64,000 nucleotides of DNA from Escherichia coli (GCF_003018255.1 NZ_CP027440.1), one strand, 5' to 3'; shown: positions 11,010 through 27,100, counted from the first letter of the stretch. The notes: generated by a model from the letters alone, not told the origin. Numbers and translations: made by a program.

Positions 11010-11109
11010 GCCTGATGCGCTCCGCTTATCAGCCCTACAAAAACATCAATATATTGAATTTAGGCAACATTTGTAGACCTGATAAGGCATTCACGCCGCA
11101 TCCGGCAGG
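11010..11109. repeat. REP pair (BIME-like) in the yeeZ-hisL intergenic region
   Basis: Seen in sequence: gcctgatgcgctccgcttatcagccctaca ... tgtagacctgataaggcattcacgccgcatccggcagg, the canonical E. coli REP palindromic units in inverted orientation. Confidence 0.6.
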
Positions 11110-11329
11110 AACAAAGCCCACTTTAGTTACAGAACACAATGTTCTTGAGGATTTAATGACATATTTTCACGATTACTTTTTTAACCTAGTCACTCTTAGC
11201 CCCTCCTTACCCCGCTCATTCATTAAACAAATCCATCGCCATAAAATATATAAAAAAGCCCTTGCTTTCTAACGTGAAAGTGGTTTAGGTTAAAAGACAT
11301 CAGTTGAATAAACATTCACAGAGACTTTT

Positions 11330-11380
11330 ATGACACGCGTTCAATTTAAACACCACCATCATCACCATCATCCTGACTAG
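11330..11380 (+). CDS. hisL: his operon leader peptide
   Basis: Seen in sequence: ATG ACA CGC GTT CAA TTT AAA followed by seven consecutive His codons, CCT GAC TAG (MTRVQFKHHHHHHHPD). Confidence 0.95.
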   Translation: MTRVQFKHHHHHHHPD

Positions 11381-11440
11381 TCTTTCAGGCGATGTGTGCT
11401 GGAAGACATTCAGATCTTCCAGTGGTGCATGAACGCATGA

Positions 11441-11480
11441 GAAAGCCCCCGGAAGATCACCTTCCGGGGGCTTTTTTATT
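11441..11480 (+). terminator. his attenuator terminator hairpin
   Basis: Seen in sequence: gaaaGCCCCCGGAAG-atcac-CTTCCGGGGGC-ttttttatt immediately upstream of hisG. Confidence 0.85.
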
Positions 11481-11525
11481 GCGCGATTGATAACGGTTCA
11501 GACAGGTTTAAAGAGGAATAAGAAA

Positions 11526-12425
11526 ATGACAGACAACACTCGTTTACGCATAGCTATGCAGAAATCCGGCCGTTTAAGTGATGACTCACGTGAATTGCTG
11601 GCGCGCTGTGGCATTAAAATCAATCTTCACACCCAGCGCCTGATCGCGATGGCAGAAAACATGCCGATTGATATTCTGCGCGTGCGTGACGACGACATTC
11701 CCGGTCTGGTAATGGATGGCGTGGTAGACCTTGGGATTATCGGCGAAAACGTGCTGGAAGAAGAGCTGCTTAACCGCCGCGCCCAGGGTGAAGATCCGCG
11801 CTACTTTACCTTGCGTCGTCTGGATTTCGGCGGCTGCCGCCTTTCGCTGGCAACGCCGGTTGATGAAGCCTGGGACGGCCCGCTCTCCTTAAACGGTAAA
11901 CGTATCGCCACCTCTTATCCTCACCTGCTCAAGCGTTATCTCGACCAGAAAGGCATCTCTTTTAAATCCTGCTTACTGAACGGTTCTGTTGAAGTCGCCC
12001 CGCGTGCCGGACTGGCGGATGCGATTTGCGATCTGGTTTCCACCGGTGCCACGCTGGAAGCAAACGGCCTGCGCGAAGTCGAAGTTATCTACCGCTCGAA
12101 AGCTTGCCTGATCCAACGCGATGGCGAAATGGAAGAATCCAAACAGCAGCTGATCGACAAACTGCTGACCCGTATTCAGGGCGTGATCCAGGCGCGCGAA
12201 TCAAAATACATCATGATGCACGCACCGACCCAACGTCTGGATGAAGTCATCGCCCTGCTGCCAGGTGCCGAACGCCCAACCATTCTGCCGCTGGCGGGTG
12301 ACCAACAACGCGTAGCGATGCACATGGTCAGTAGCGAAACCCTGTTCTGGGAAACGATGGAAAAACTGAAAGCGCTGGGTGCCAGTTCAATCCTGGTCCT
12401 GCCGATTGAGAAGATGATGGAGTGA
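11526..12425 (+). CDS. hisG: ATP phosphoribosyltransferase
   Basis: ORF 11487..12425; start placed at [18 protein letters not shown]; first gene after the attenuator. Confidence 0.95.
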   Translation: MTDNTRLRIAMQKSGRLSDDSRELLARCGIKINLHTQRLIAMAENMPIDILRVRDDDIPGLVMDGVVDLGIIGENVLEEELLNRRAQGEDPRYFTLRRLDFGGCRLSLATPVDEAWDGPLSLNGKRIATSYPHLLKRYLDQKGISFKSCLLNGSVEVAPRAGLADAICDLVSTGATLEANGLREVEVIYRSKACLIQRDGEMEESKQQLIDKLLTRIQGVIQARESKYIMMHAPTQRLDEVIALLPGAERPTILPLAGDQQRVAMHMVSSETLFWETMEKLKALGASSILVLPIEKMME

Positions 12426-12430
12426 TCGCC

Positions 12431-14801
<2,371 letters not shown>

Positions 14802-14802
<1 letters not shown>

Positions 14803-15868
14803 TGAGTCAGAAGTATCTTTTTATCGATCGCGATGGAACCCTGATTAGCGAACCGCCGAGTGATTTTCAGGTGGACCGTTTTGACAAACTCGCCTTTGAA
14901 CCTGGCGTGATCCCGGAGCTGCTGAAGCTGCAAAAAGCGGGATATAAGCTGGTGATGATCACTAATCAGGATGGTCTTGGAACACAAAGTTTCCCGCAGG
15001 CGGATTTCGATGGCCCGCACAACCTGATGATGCAGATCTTCACCTCGCAAGGCGTGCAGTTTGATGAAGTGCTGATTTGCCCACACCTGCCCGCCGATGA
15101 GTGCGACTGCCGTAAGCCGAAAGTAAAACTGGTGGAGCGTTATCTGGCAGAGCAAGCGATGGATCGCGCCAACAGTTATGTGATTGGCGATCGCGCGACC
15201 GACATTCAACTGGCGGAAAACATGGGCATTAATGGTTTACGCTACGACCGTGAAACCCTGAACTGGCCGATGATTGGCGAGCAACTCACGAAACGCGATC
15301 GTTATGCCCACGTGGTGCGCAACACCAAAGAGACGCAGATTGACGTTCAGGTGTGGCTGGATCGCGAGGGTGGCAGCAAGATTAATACCGGCGTTGGCTT
15401 CTTTGATCACATGCTGGATCAGATTGCCACTCACGGCGGTTTCCGTATGGAAATCAACGTTAAAGGCGACCTCTATATCGACGATCACCACACTGTCGAA
15501 GATACCGGTCTGGCGCTGGGCGAAGCGTTAAAAATAGCACTTGGCGACAAACGCGGTATTTGCCGCTTTGGTTTTGTGCTGCCGATGGACGAATGCCTTG
15601 CCCGCTGTGCACTGGATATCTCTGGTCGCCCGCACCTGGAATATAAAGCTGAATTTACCTACCAGCGCGTGGGCGATCTCAGCACTGAAATGATCGAGCA
15701 CTTCTTCCGTTCGCTCTCTTACACTATGGGTGTGACGCTCCACCTGAAAACCAAAGGTAAAAACGATCACCACCGTGTAGAGAGCCTGTTCAAAGCCTTT
15801 GGTCGCACCCTGCGCCAGGCCATCCGCGTGGAAGGCGATACCCTGCCCTCGTCGAAAGGAGTGCTGTA

Positions 15869-15869
<1 letters not shown>
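14802..15869 (+). CDS. hisB: Bifunctional histidinol-phosphatase / imidazoleglycerol-phosphate dehydratase
   Basis: ORF 14799..15869; start placed at [14 protein letters not shown] (HAD motif DxDGT), C-terminal IGPD domain. Confidence 0.95.
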
Positions 15870-17947
<2,078 letters not shown>

Positions 17948-17954
<7 letters not shown>

Positions 17955-18559
17955 CAGAACAACAACGTCGCGAACTGGACTGGGAAAAAACCGACGGACT
18001 GATGCCGGTGATTGTGCAACACGCGGTATCTGGCGAAGTGCTAATGCTGGGCTATATGAACCCGGAAGCCTTAGGCAAAACCCTCGAAAGCGGCAAAGTC
18101 ACCTTCTTCTCGCGCACTAAACAGCGACTGTGGACCAAAGGCGAAACGTCGGGCAATTTCCTCAATGTGGTGAGTATTGCCCCGGACTGCGACAACGACA
18201 CGTTACTGGTACTGGCGAATCCCATCGGGCCAACCTGCCACAAAGGCACCAGCAGCTGCTTCGGCGACACCGCTCACCAGTGGCTGTTCCTGTATCAACT
18301 GGAACAACTGCTCGCCGAGCGCAAATCTGCCGACCCGGAAACCTCCTATACCGCCAAACTGTATGCCAGCGGCACCAAGCGCATTGCGCAGAAAGTGGGC
18401 GAAGAAGGCGTGGAAACCGCACTGGCAGCAACGGTACATGACCGCTTTGAGCTGACCAACGAGGCATCTGACTTGATGTATCACCTGCTGGTATTGTTGC
18501 AGGATCAGGATCTGGATTTAACGACGGTAATTGAGAACCTGCGTAAACGGCATCAGTGA
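17948..18559 (+). CDS. hisI: Bifunctional phosphoribosyl-AMP cyclohydrolase / phosphoribosyl-ATP pyrophosphatase
   Basis: 203 aa ORF, last gene of the his operon. Confidence 0.95.
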
Positions 18560-18600
18560 GTTGCGGGTGATCAGATGCGATGTTGTTGTCGCATCCGGCA

Positions 18601-18641
18601 AAAAAAACGGGCAAGGTGTCACCACCCTGCCCGTTTTCTTT
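18601..18641. terminator. Bidirectional terminator between convergent his operon and wzzB
   Basis: Seen in sequence: aaaaaaa-CGGGCAAGG-tgtcaccac-CCTGCCCG-ttttcttt. Confidence 0.7.
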
Positions 18642-18653
18642 AAAACCAAAAGA

Positions 18654-19634
18654 TTACTTCGCGTTGTAATTACGCAGAGCGTTACGCCCCAGCACAATCC
18701 CCGCGCCAACCATGCCGCCCAGCAGCACTGCCAGAATCAAGGTAATTGCCTTTTTCGGGCTATCGCGACGAATAGGTAACGTCGGTTTCATCACATAACG
18801 GTAAGCATGAATATCAAGATCATCAACCTTTAAGCTTTCGATATCCAGCAGGTTTTGACGTGTCTGATAGTAGTTTGGTGAGAATACCAACGGACGGGTC
18901 GCCTCGTGCTTAATCATCGACTCCAGCGCTTCGCTCCCCAAAAGGAACAACGTATCTTGTGTCACATCTTCAGTCTGCTGAACCTGTGGCTTTGTCACCT
19001 GCGCCTGATTCGCATACTGCAACGCTTCCTGAATCTGACGGATACGCAGATCTTTCTGCTCCTGCGCGACTACTTCCTGAGTTTTCAGAGAATCCTGCAA
19101 GTTTTTCATACGCAGCGCGATGTTGTCTTTCAGGTCTTTTTCCAGTTCTTCGTTTACCTGGTCGTCAACTTGCTGGATATACTTCGCCAGCTGCTTCTGA
19201 GCACCTTCAGGTGTTTCACCAACATAAGACACCGCTAAAGGTAATGACTGATTTTTAACGGTAGGCTCAATGGTCAGCTTTTCTGCTTCTTCCTGATTAT
19301 CCAGCGTTTCCGCTAATGCTGAAAATGCAGTGCTGTAACGTCCGATAAGTGAAGCCTGAATGTCGGAGACTTTCGGTACAGCCGATCCGTAGATCACATT
19401 CATCGCGTTGGTATAACCAGCGATTTGCCCCACATCAGGTTGAGTAACGATAGCTGTGGAAGTCCACTTTTCTTTGGCAACGGCCAGATACCCTATAGCC
19501 AGGGCAATAGCCACAATGACAGAGATGATAATTGTCATCTTGCCACGCCACAACTGCACCAGTAAATCAATCAAATCAATCTGTTCCGGGTCATGGTTTT
19601 GCCCAGAAACATTATTATTTTCTACTCTCATCAT
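18654..19634 (-). CDS. wzzB: O-antigen chain-length determinant (polysaccharide co-polymerase class 1)
   Basis: ORF 18654..19688; start placed at MMRVENNNVSGQNHDPEQIDLIDLL (either adjacent ATG, 19634 or 19631); two TM segments flanking a large periplasmic domain; conserved position downstream of ugd. Confidence 0.9.
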   Translation of the reverse strand: MMRVENNNVSGQNHDPEQIDLIDLLVQLWRGKMTIIISVIVAIALAIGYLAVAKEKWTSTAIVTQPDVGQIAGYTNAMNVIYGSAVPKVSDIQASLIGRYSTAFSALAETLDNQEEAEKLTIEPTVKNQSLPLAVSYVGETPEGAQKQLAKYIQQVDDQVNEELEKDLKDNIALRMKNLQDSLKTQEVVAQEQKDLRIRQIQEALQYANQAQVTKPQVQQTEDVTQDTLFLLGSEALESMIKHEATRPLVFSPNYYQTRQNLLDIESLKVDDLDIHAYRYVMKPTLPIRRDSPKKAITLILAVLLGGMVGAGIVLGRNALRNYNAK

Positions 19635-19777
19635 TACCCTAACGGACGAAATAATTTTAAGTCGCCATAGTTTAGCGATAATCACCATGAATGCTATAGG
19701 ATAAATGATAAAAAGAATGAATTATTACAAAGGGAACATAAGAGAATCAGGGCGAAAATCGCCCTGATAACAGGATG

Positions 19778-20944
19778 TTAGTCACTGCCAAAGAGATCGC
19801 GGGTGTAGACCTTATCTGCCACATCCTTAAGCTCTTCTGCCATACGGTTGGAAATAATGACGTCGGCTTGTTGTTTGAAGGTGGCGAGATCACGTTCCAG
19901 ACGAGAGTTGAAGAATGAGTCTTCTTTCATCACCGGCTCGTAGATGATCACCTCAACGCCTTTAGCCTTAATACGTTTCATAATCCCCTGAATGGAAGAC
20001 GCGCGGAAGTTATCTGAACCGCTCTTCATAATCAGGCGATAAATACCCACCACTTGCGGTTTGCGTGACAAAATGGCATCGGCAATAAAATCTTTACGCG
20101 TGCGGTTTGCATCGACAATTGCCGAGATCAGGTTATTCGGCACAGACTGGTAGTTCGCCAGTAACTGCTTGGTATCTTTCGGTAGACAATAACCACCATA
20201 GCCAAACGACGGATTGTTGTAATGGTTGCCAATACGCGGATCGAGACAAACGCCTTCGATAATCTGGCGAGTATTCAGCCCTAAACTTTCTGCATAGCTA
20301 TCCAGTTCATTAAAGTATGCTACGCGCATCGCCAGATAGGTATTAGCGAAAAGTTTAATCGCTTCTGCTTCAGTGGAGTCGGTAAACAGGGTTGGGATAT
20401 TTTGCTTAATCGCGCCTTCCTGTAATAACGCCGCAAAACGTTCTGCGCGTTCCGAACGCTCACCGATGACAATACGTGACGGATGAAGGTTATCGTAAAG
20501 GGCTTTACCTTCGCGGAGGAATTCGGGGGAGAAAATAAGGTTATCGATACCCAGACGTTCTTTAATTGATTTGGTGAAACCTACCGGAATTGTAGATTTA
20601 ATCACCATTACCGCGTTGGGATTAATTTCTGTCACATCGCGAATGACCGCTTCCACGCTTGAGGTATTAAAATAATTTGTTTTTGGGTCATAATCGGTAG
20701 GCGTGGCAATAATAACGTAATCGGCATTTTTATACGCGTCATACTTATCTGTCGTAGCGCGGAAATTGAGATCTTTAGTCGCCAGATACTCTTCAATCTC
20801 CTTATCAACAATCGGTGACTGCTTCTTGTTAAGCATGTCCACTTTGGCCTGAACGATATCCAGTGCAACCACTTCGTGGTTTTGCGCAATCAGAATACCA
20901 TTTGAAAGACCAACATAACCTGTTCCTGAAATTGTTATTTTCAT
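19778..20944 (-). CDS. ugd: UDP-glucose 6-dehydrogenase
   Basis: ORF 19778..20971; start placed at [16 protein letters not shown] (Rossmann motif); synteny with gnd. Confidence 0.95.
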   Translation of the reverse strand: MKITISGTGYVGLSNGILIAQNHEVVALDIVQAKVDMLNKKQSPIVDKEIEEYLATKDLNFRATTDKYDAYKNADYVIIATPTDYDPKTNYFNTSSVEAVIRDVTEINPNAVMVIKSTIPVGFTKSIKERLGIDNLIFSPEFLREGKALYDNLHPSRIVIGERSERAERFAALLQEGAIKQNIPTLFTDSTEAEAIKLFANTYLAMRVAYFNELDSYAESLGLNTRQIIEGVCLDPRIGNHYNNPSFGYGGYCLPKDTKQLLANYQSVPNNLISAIVDANRTRKDFIADAILSRKPQVVGIYRLIMKSGSDNFRASSIQGIMKRIKAKGVEVIIYEPVMKEDSFFNSRLERDLATFKQQADVIISNRMAEELKDVADKVYTRDLFGSD

Positions 20945-21142
20945 TAGCTCTGACTTCTTCCGGTTAAACATTTAGAGTGGTCATTAATCCACCACCACAG
21001 CTTCATCTACTGCGGGATTTTTAACGCTGATGTAGATGAACTGTCAAGGCAGCGATCCTGCTGTGCGGCTCTGTATTATATCGCTTTTTTAACCATAAAT
21101 TATAAAAAAAGGCCATAACCTGCCGCTTTGTATAATAAAAAA

Positions 21143-21172
21143 GCCCGGAGGGTTTCTCCGGGCCTTGCATTG
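21143..21172 (-). terminator. Putative gnd terminator
   Basis: Seen in sequence: gcccggagggtttctccgggc hairpin about 30 bp after the gnd stop, followed on the minus strand by a T-rich run. Confidence 0.55.
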
Positions 21173-21192
21173 ATTAATTGATTTAAATCAGA

Positions 21193-22599
21193 TTAATCCA
21201 GCCATTCGGTATGGAACACACCTTCTTTATCAATGCGCTTATAAGTATGCGCACCGAAATAGTCACGCTGTGCCTGGATCAGATTCGCAGGCAAAACAGC
21301 GGCGCGGTAGCTGTCATAATAGGCAACCGCAGCGGCGAATGTCGGAACCGGGATACCGTTCTGCACTGCATAAGCAACGACATCACGCAGCGCCTGCTGA
21401 TAGTCATCGGCGATTTGCTTAAAGTACGGAGCCAGCAGCAGGTTAGCGATCTGCGGATTTTCGGCGTATGCATCGGTGATTTTCTGCAGGAACTGCGCAC
21501 GGATGATGCAGCCAGCACGGAAAATCTTCGCGATTTCGCCGTAGTTCAGATCCCAGTTGTATTCTTCAGACGCAGCACGCAACTGAGAGAAGCCCTGAGC
21601 GTAAGAAACGATTTTGCCCAGATAAAGCGCACGACGAACTTTTTCGATAAACTCAGCCTTATCGCCTGCTGGCTGTGCTTGCGGGCCAGAGAGAACTTTA
21701 GATGCGGCAACACGCTGATCTTTCAGAGAAGAGATATAACGTGCAAACACAGACTCGGTAATCAGCGACAGCGGTTCGCCGAGATCAAGCGCACTCTGGC
21801 TGGTCCATTTGCCCGTACCTTTGTTTGCTGCTTCATCCAGAATCACATCAACCAGGTAGTTACCGTCTTCATCTTTTTTGGTGAAGATATCTTTGGTGAT
21901 GTCGATCAGGTAGCTGCTCAGTTCACCGTTATTCCACTCGGTAAACGTCTGCGCCAGTTCTTCGTTGGAAAGATTCAGGCCACCTTTAAGCAGAGAATAG
22001 GCTTCAGCAATCAGCTGCATATCGCCGTATTCAATACCGTTGTGAACCATCTTCACATAGTGACCTGCACCATCGGCACCGATATAGGTAACGCATGGCT
22101 CACCGTCTTCAGCTACTGCGGCGATTTTGGTCAGGATCGGCGCAACCAGTTCATAGGCTTCTTTCTGCCCACCAGGCATAATGGAAGGACCTTTCAGCGC
22201 GCCTTCTTCACCACCGGAGACACCGGTACCAATGAAGTTAAAGCCTTCGGCAGAAAGCTCACGGTTACGACGAATGGTGTCCTGGAAGAAGGTATTACCA
22301 CCATCAATGATGATGTCACCTTTATCGAGGTATGGCTTGAGGGAATCAATAGCAGCATCCGTGCCTGCACCTGCTTTCACCATTAACAGGATGCGACGAG
22401 GCGTTTCCAGAGATTCAACAAACTCTTTCACCGTATAGTAAGGAACCAGTTTCTTGCCTGGATTTTCGGCAATCACTTCTTCGGTCTTTTCACGGGAACG
22501 GTTGAAAATAGAGACGGTATAACCACGGCTTTCGATATTGAGCGCAAGGTTGCGCCCCATCACTGCCATACCGACGACACCGATCTGTTGCTTTGACAT
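21193..22599 (-). CDS. gnd: 6-phosphogluconate dehydrogenase (decarboxylating)
   Basis: 468 aa [30 protein letters not shown]...; highly conserved. Confidence 0.97.
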   Translation of the reverse strand: MSKQQIGVVGMAVMGRNLALNIESRGYTVSIFNRSREKTEEVIAENPGKKLVPYYTVKEFVESLETPRRILLMVKAGAGTDAAIDSLKPYLDKGDIIIDGGNTFFQDTIRRNRELSAEGFNFIGTGVSGGEEGALKGPSIMPGGQKEAYELVAPILTKIAAVAEDGEPCVTYIGADGAGHYVKMVHNGIEYGDMQLIAEAYSLLKGGLNLSNEELAQTFTEWNNGELSSYLIDITKDIFTKKDEDGNYLVDVILDEAANKGTGKWTSQSALDLGEPLSLITESVFARYISSLKDQRVAASKVLSGPQAQPAGDKAEFIEKVRRALYLGKIVSYAQGFSQLRAASEEYNWDLNYGEIAKIFRAGCIIRAQFLQKITDAYAENPQIANLLLAPYFKQIADDYQQALRDVVAYAVQNGIPVPTFAAAVAYYDSYRAAVLPANLIQAQRDYFGAHTYKRIDKEGVFHTEWLD

Positions 22600-22706
22600 T
22601 GTTTACTCCTGTCAGGTGGAAAACTAAATACTTTTAGAGTTAGCGTTATATTAACTGATATCATTTGATGATAGTAGATAATATTATGATAAATACTGAC
22701 TCAGTA

Positions 22707-23723
22707 TCACTCAGAATATCCATTCGGATTTTTATTTTGCCATCTCCAAGCATCAGTAATCATATCCTCAAGTGTACGCTTTGCTTCCCAATGAAGCTCT
22801 TTAATAGCTAAATCTGGTTTTGACCAACATTCAGCGATATCTCCAAGCCTTCGCTCAGAAATAACATAAGGTATTTTTATTCCGGTTATTTTTTGAAAGG
22901 CATCAATAATCTCTTTTACTGAATATCCTTTACCTGTGCCTAGGTTATAATAACGTAACCCACCGTATATATTTTGTTTTTTTAGCGCTGCAATATGACC
23001 TTCCGCTAAGTCCATAACATGTATGTAATCTCTAACTCCGGTGCCATCAACCGTAGGATAATCCCCCCCATATATGGTCAACTTCTCAAGTTTCCCAACA
23101 GCAACCTGTGTTAAATAGGGAAAAAGGTTGCTTGGTACACCATTAGGATCCTCACCAATTAAACCAGAATAATGTGCGCCTACAGGATTAAAATATCTCA
23201 AGCAAGTTGCATTAAATTTAAATTCATAATTGGTTATATCTTCAAGCATTCTTTCAACAATATATTTTGTCGTCCCATATGGATTTGTTGTTCCTCCTGT
23301 ACTGCAATTTTCGTGCACCGGAATAGCTGTAGGATTGCCATATACTGTTGCGGATGAACTAAAAATAAAATTGTAAATTTTATTTTTTAACATCGAGTCA
23401 ATTAAATGCAAAGTTCCAATAACATTATTCTCATAATACTGAATGGGTTTTTTAATTGATTCCGAAACAGATTTTAGCGCAGCAAAATGAATAACAGCCT
23501 CGATATCATTATTTGCAAACACAGAATCAATCAAGTCAATGTTGCGTATATCTCCTTCATATATAATTATTTTCTTAGAAGTCAAATACTCCACTCTTTT
23601 TAAAGCAATCTTTGAAGAGTTACTAAAATTATCAATAACAATAACATCATAGTTATGATTTAAAAGTTGCAATACTGTATGTGAACCAATATATCCTGCC
23701 CCACCAGTCACGAGAACAGCCAT
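22707..23723 (-). CDS. gne: UDP-N-acetylglucosamine / UDP-glucose 4-epimerase (GalE/Gne family)
   Basis: 338 aa short-chain dehydrogenase/reductase ORF with GGAGYIGS and YxxxK catalytic motif (YGTTK); last gene of the AT-rich O-antigen cassette next to gnd. Confidence 0.8.
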   Translation of the reverse strand: MAVLVTGGAGYIGSHTVLQLLNHNYDVIVIDNFSNSSKIALKRVEYLTSKKIIIYEGDIRNIDLIDSVFANNDIEAVIHFAALKSVSESIKKPIQYYENNVIGTLHLIDSMLKNKIYNFIFSSSATVYGNPTAIPVHENCSTGGTTNPYGTTKYIVERMLEDITNYEFKFNATCLRYFNPVGAHYSGLIGEDPNGVPSNLFPYLTQVAVGKLEKLTIYGGDYPTVDGTGVRDYIHVMDLAEGHIAALKKQNIYGGLRYYNLGTGKGYSVKEIIDAFQKITGIKIPYVISERRLGDIAECWSKPDLAIKELHWEAKRTLEDMITDAWRWQNKNPNGYSE

Positions 23724-23756
23724 ACCCTCTCCTTTAAAAACATTTTTTATAAGAAA

Positions 23757-24734
23757 CTATCTGTTTTTTACTTGATACAAGAAATGATAAACTGGAAAGA
23801 ATTTTTTAATCAACAACAAGCGAAACGCATAATACATACCAAAAGCCTGTTCGCAATTCATTTTCTGCTCTATGTTTTTCGGCAAAACTATTTTATTTTT
23901 TTTACATAAAAGGAATATATAAATCAAAAAATCATTGTATCTTTTCTTAAGATAATACTTGACCAATCTATTCTTTGTTGTTTGTATAATACATCTATAG
24001 GTTTTTAATACTTCCAGATAACCAATTATATTGCGAGAGCTAATTTTACTTGTCATTATTGAGTTTTCCCTTACCCTTCGGTAAAAATAAATCTCATCGG
24101 TACAATAACACAACTTAGAATCTAAAATAATCCTAGGTAAGTACTCTTCATCCTCATGAACTATATTTTTAAAAAATGAATTTCGCATTAATAATTCAGT
24201 TCTAAATACATTAATGCAAACAGATGAAAAGTAAGAATTGGTTGAAAATAATCTTTCTAAAAAAACATCACCAGACTTACAAATTTGAAATTTAGTTCGT
24301 TTATATGAAGGAATTTTACCTGCCAAATTAGAAGGGAGCCCTAATATTGATCCTGAAAATGCTATAATGTCTAACTCTTTATAATTAGTCAATATTTCAT
24401 TAATATCCCTTATAAACATTGGACTCAAAGCATCATCAGAGTCAAAAAAATAGACGTATGGTGTGCTAACTTTTGTCAGACCATAATTCCTAGCACTGCT
24501 TAAACCACCATTTTCTTTAGAAAATATCTTATAATTATCCTTACCCTCTATTCTTTTTTTAAGGAGAGGTATCGAATCATCACTAGAACCATCATCCACG
24601 ATGATAACTGAATGTGGTTGCATAGACTGATTTATAATAGAATCTATAGCCTCAACAATATAATCTTGGACATTGTACACAGGCATAACAATTGATATTA
24701 ATTTGGAAATCTCATTTTCTTTTTGGCAAAGCAT
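23757..24734 (-). CDS. Glycosyltransferase family 2 (O-unit glycosyltransferase)
   Basis: 325 aa ORF; N-terminal GT-A signature (ISIVMPVYN ... IIVDDGSSD); AT-rich codon usage. Confidence 0.75.
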   Translation of the reverse strand: MLCQKENEISKLISIVMPVYNVQDYIVEAIDSIINQSMQPHSVIIVDDGSSDDSIPLLKKRIEGKDNYKIFSKENGGLSSARNYGLTKVSTPYVYFFDSDDALSPMFIRDINEILTNYKELDIIAFSGSILGLPSNLAGKIPSYKRTKFQICKSGDVFLERLFSTNSYFSSVCINVFRTELLMRNSFFKNIVHEDEEYLPRIILDSKLCYCTDEIYFYRRVRENSIMTSKISSRNIIGYLEVLKTYRCIIQTTKNRLVKYYLKKRYNDFLIYIFLLCKKNKIVLPKNIEQKMNCEQAFGMYYAFRLLLIKKFFPVYHFLYQVKNR

Positions 24735-26145
24735 TGTTTAATAATCCCACAATGGTATTTTTATCAATAATAAACATAAGACAAACATAACTCCCTGCAC
24801 CTATAACGATATAATAAATCAAAGATAATAATTCCATATTATTAGATTGAGTTATAAAATTATTTTTAGCAATCAGTATCAAAATTAGCATGCAAACACT
24901 ACAAAACAAAGGTTTACATGTTATACATAAAATGTTTTTTATGTTACCTTGGAGCAATCTCATGACGTAATAAAAGCAGATGTAAAATATTAATACATTC
25001 GCACAAAGATATAACTGGCAGAATATAACGATATTGAAGCATGCCCCAATAACAAATGACATAACTTGAATTATTGCACTCACACAACCAATCCTTGCCA
25101 GCAACTTAACGTTACCTAAAGATAAAAAAACTACTCCTGTAGTGCTCGTGAGTGCTTGGATAATCCCAACAGGTGCCAACCATTTTAAAAGAAGAGCAGC
25201 ATTATCCCAATTTTTACCAAACAGAAAAAAAACTAACTCGTTACTTAACGAAGCGAGCCCAATCATGGCAGGAATTGACAAAACTGCAATGAACTTTAGC
25301 GAGTCTAAATATATTCTTTTTTTTGTTATAATATCTTTTGAATGACTTAGCTTAGGCAATAAAGCTCTATTAAATATATAAGTTATATTTTGAACTGGAA
25401 ATAACATAAGTCTATATGCTAATGCATAATTACCTAAAACATACTGCCCAAAAATTTTTCCAACTATAATATTATCAGCGTTACGTGAGAAATAATTCAC
25501 CATATTAAATGACATTACATTAACACAATAGCCAAATATTAATTTTATATATTTCATCCGCCAAGAAAATTTATATTTTCTTCTATTTTTAAGGCTCAAT
25601 AAAAAAACAACAATAACTGCATACAAAAGGGCCTGTAGAGACACAGCATAAAGTCCAAAGCCCATGGCAATTACTATAAAAACAACAATGATTGAAATCG
25701 ATAATGATATCAACTCTATGAGAGCAGTAATATTGAACTGTTGGTTTCGTTCTAATAAAGCAAAATTAAAAGCAATAAAACTTTGTAAAGGAAATGAAAA
25801 AGAGATGATCAATATTAATAGAAACAACCTTGTGTCATTGTAAAAAAGGGATATTGGATAAGCTAATAATGTCATTACGATAAAAATAACGAGACCGCTT
25901 ATAAAGTTTAATGTGTATGTGGATTTAATAAAATTTTCACTTATTCTTCTCCGTTGAATTAATATTGATGACGTCCCCATATCTCTAAAGAGCATGGCAA
26001 ATGCAGCCACTACGCTTACAATGGAAATCAAACCATAGTCATAAGGCGTTAAATAACGAGCCAGTACAAAGATCAAAACTAATTGGCTCAGAGCTCTTGC
26101 AATTTGAGATAAAGCGACCCATTTTACTCCTGTTATCAAAAGCAT
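24712..26145 (-). CDS. wzx: O-antigen flippase
   Basis: 477 aa polytopic ORF with Wzx-like N-terminus (ALSQIARALSQLVLIFVLARYLTPYDYGLISIVSV); AT-rich. Confidence 0.75.
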   Translation of the reverse strand: MLLITGVKWVALSQIARALSQLVLIFVLARYLTPYDYGLISIVSVVAAFAMLFRDMGTSSILIQRRRISENFIKSTYTLNFISGLVIFIVMTLLAYPISLFYNDTRLFLLILIISFSFPLQSFIAFNFALLERNQQFNITALIELISLSISIIVVFIVIAMGFGLYAVSLQALLYAVIVVFLLSLKNRRKYKFSWRMKYIKLIFGYCVNVMSFNMVNYFSRNADNIIVGKIFGQYVLGNYALAYRLMLFPVQNITYIFNRALLPKLSHSKDIITKKRIYLDSLKFIAVLSIPAMIGLASLSNELVFFLFGKNWDNAALLLKWLAPVGIIQALTSTTGVVFLSLGNVKLLARIGCVSAIIQVMSFVIGACFNIVIFCQLYLCANVLIFYICFYYVMRLLQGNIKNILCITCKPLFCSVCMLILILIAKNNFITQSNNMELLSLIYYIVIGAGSYVCLMFIIDKNTIVGLLNNALPKRK

Positions 26146-26152
26146 TTTATTA

Positions 26153-27100
26153 TTATCTCACTCTTTTTTTAAAATGGTTTTCATAAACTTTTTGCTTCAA
26201 ATATATAATGCCAGGGAACGCTCTTTTGAGTAGCAACTTAGTTGCAAATAATGTCCAGTATTGTTTTTTTGCTATAAAAGAAAATATAATTTTAATTTTT
26301 AAACATCTTAACATCATTAACCTAAACAGGTTATAATTCTTTGTATCATTGTACATTATATTCTTATATTTAAAATAATACTTCCGATATGCCACATAAT
26401 CTTTAATATTCTTGGTTATTCTAACACCTTCATGAGAAATATCCATATAGTAAGTATTAGCGTTTAACCTCCTGGCACTCCCATAAACTTGAATAAGTTT
26501 AGTCCAAACATCTTGATCTTGTAACCGTTTAAAATCAATAGAAAATCCTCCAACTGATAACAAACGCTCTCGCTCAACTAAAATCTGGTTACCAGCTTCA
26601 TTTTCCTTGAGTATACTTTGTAAATCAATGATACATTCTCTTTGAAATCGTGCATGATTATTTGTTCCAGTCACTATTATATAGTTATCGCAGATAAAGG
26701 AAAATTCCTTGTTATAATGATTAACCAGAATCTGTAACCTATCTTCTTTGAAATAATCATCATCATCCAACCCTGTAATGAAGAAACCTTTTGCATGCTT
26801 TAATCCTCTATTTCTAGAAAAATTAGCCCCCATATTTCTTGGGTTTTTCTTATATATAAAATTCTTAATATTTGGTGTTGCTACTTCTTGCAATTCTTTT
26901 ACAATCAAGTCAACTTCATAACTAGAGTTATCATCGACTACGATTAATTCTATTTTTGAATAAGTTTGATTAAATACTGATAATATTGCTCTGCGCAACA
27001 GCAAAGGGCGATTATAAGATGTTATAAGAACGCTTACTAATTTTTCCATTTCTTTTTCAAAACCATCAACAAAGTAATTATAACCAAAGAATAGATCCAC
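26153..27100 (-). CDS. Glycosyltransferase family 2
   Basis: 315 aa ORF; GT-A signature (VSVLITSYNRP ... IVVDDNSS). The true start may be the internal ATG near 27049, reducing the overlap with wzy. Confidence 0.7.
   Translation of the reverse strand: MDLFFGYNYFVDGFEKEMEKLVSVLITSYNRPLLLRRAILSVFNQTYSKIELIVVDDNSSYEVDLIVKELQEVATPNIKNFIYKKNPRNMGANFSRNRGLKHAKGFFITGLDDDDYFKEDRLQILVNHYNKEFSFICDNYIIVTGTNNHARFQRECIIDLQSILKENEAGNQILVERERLLSVGGFSIDFKRLQDQDVWTKLIQVYGSARRLNANTYYMDISHEGVRITKNIKDYVAYRKYYFKYKNIMYNDTKNYNLFRLMMLRCLKIKIIFSFIAKKQYWTLFATKLLLKRAFPGIIYLKQKVYENHFKKRVR

Noticed and set aside
11015-11272. 85-aa ORF in the yeeZ-hisL intergenic region
   Set aside because: It spans the REP palindromes and the his promoter region, has no ribosome-binding site I can see, and resembles no known protein, including YefM/YoeB.
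18574-18596. Second small palindrome (gatgcgatgttgttgtcgcatc) just downstream of hisI, considered as a separate terminator or sRNA
   Set aside because: It lacks a T-run and sits immediately next to the stronger terminator hairpin at 18601..18641; probably a REP-like fragment.
21211-22386. 391-aa plus-strand ORF running antisense through gnd
   Set aside because: It lies entirely within the highly conserved gnd coding region on the opposite strand and its translation is low-complexity with no recognisable domain; a typical shadow ORF. The same reasoning applies to the long antisense ORFs inside cpsG (40724..41728), wcaI (43888..44727), gmd (46246..47043), wcaK (35860..36606), wzxC (37735..38403) and plaP (8243..8710).
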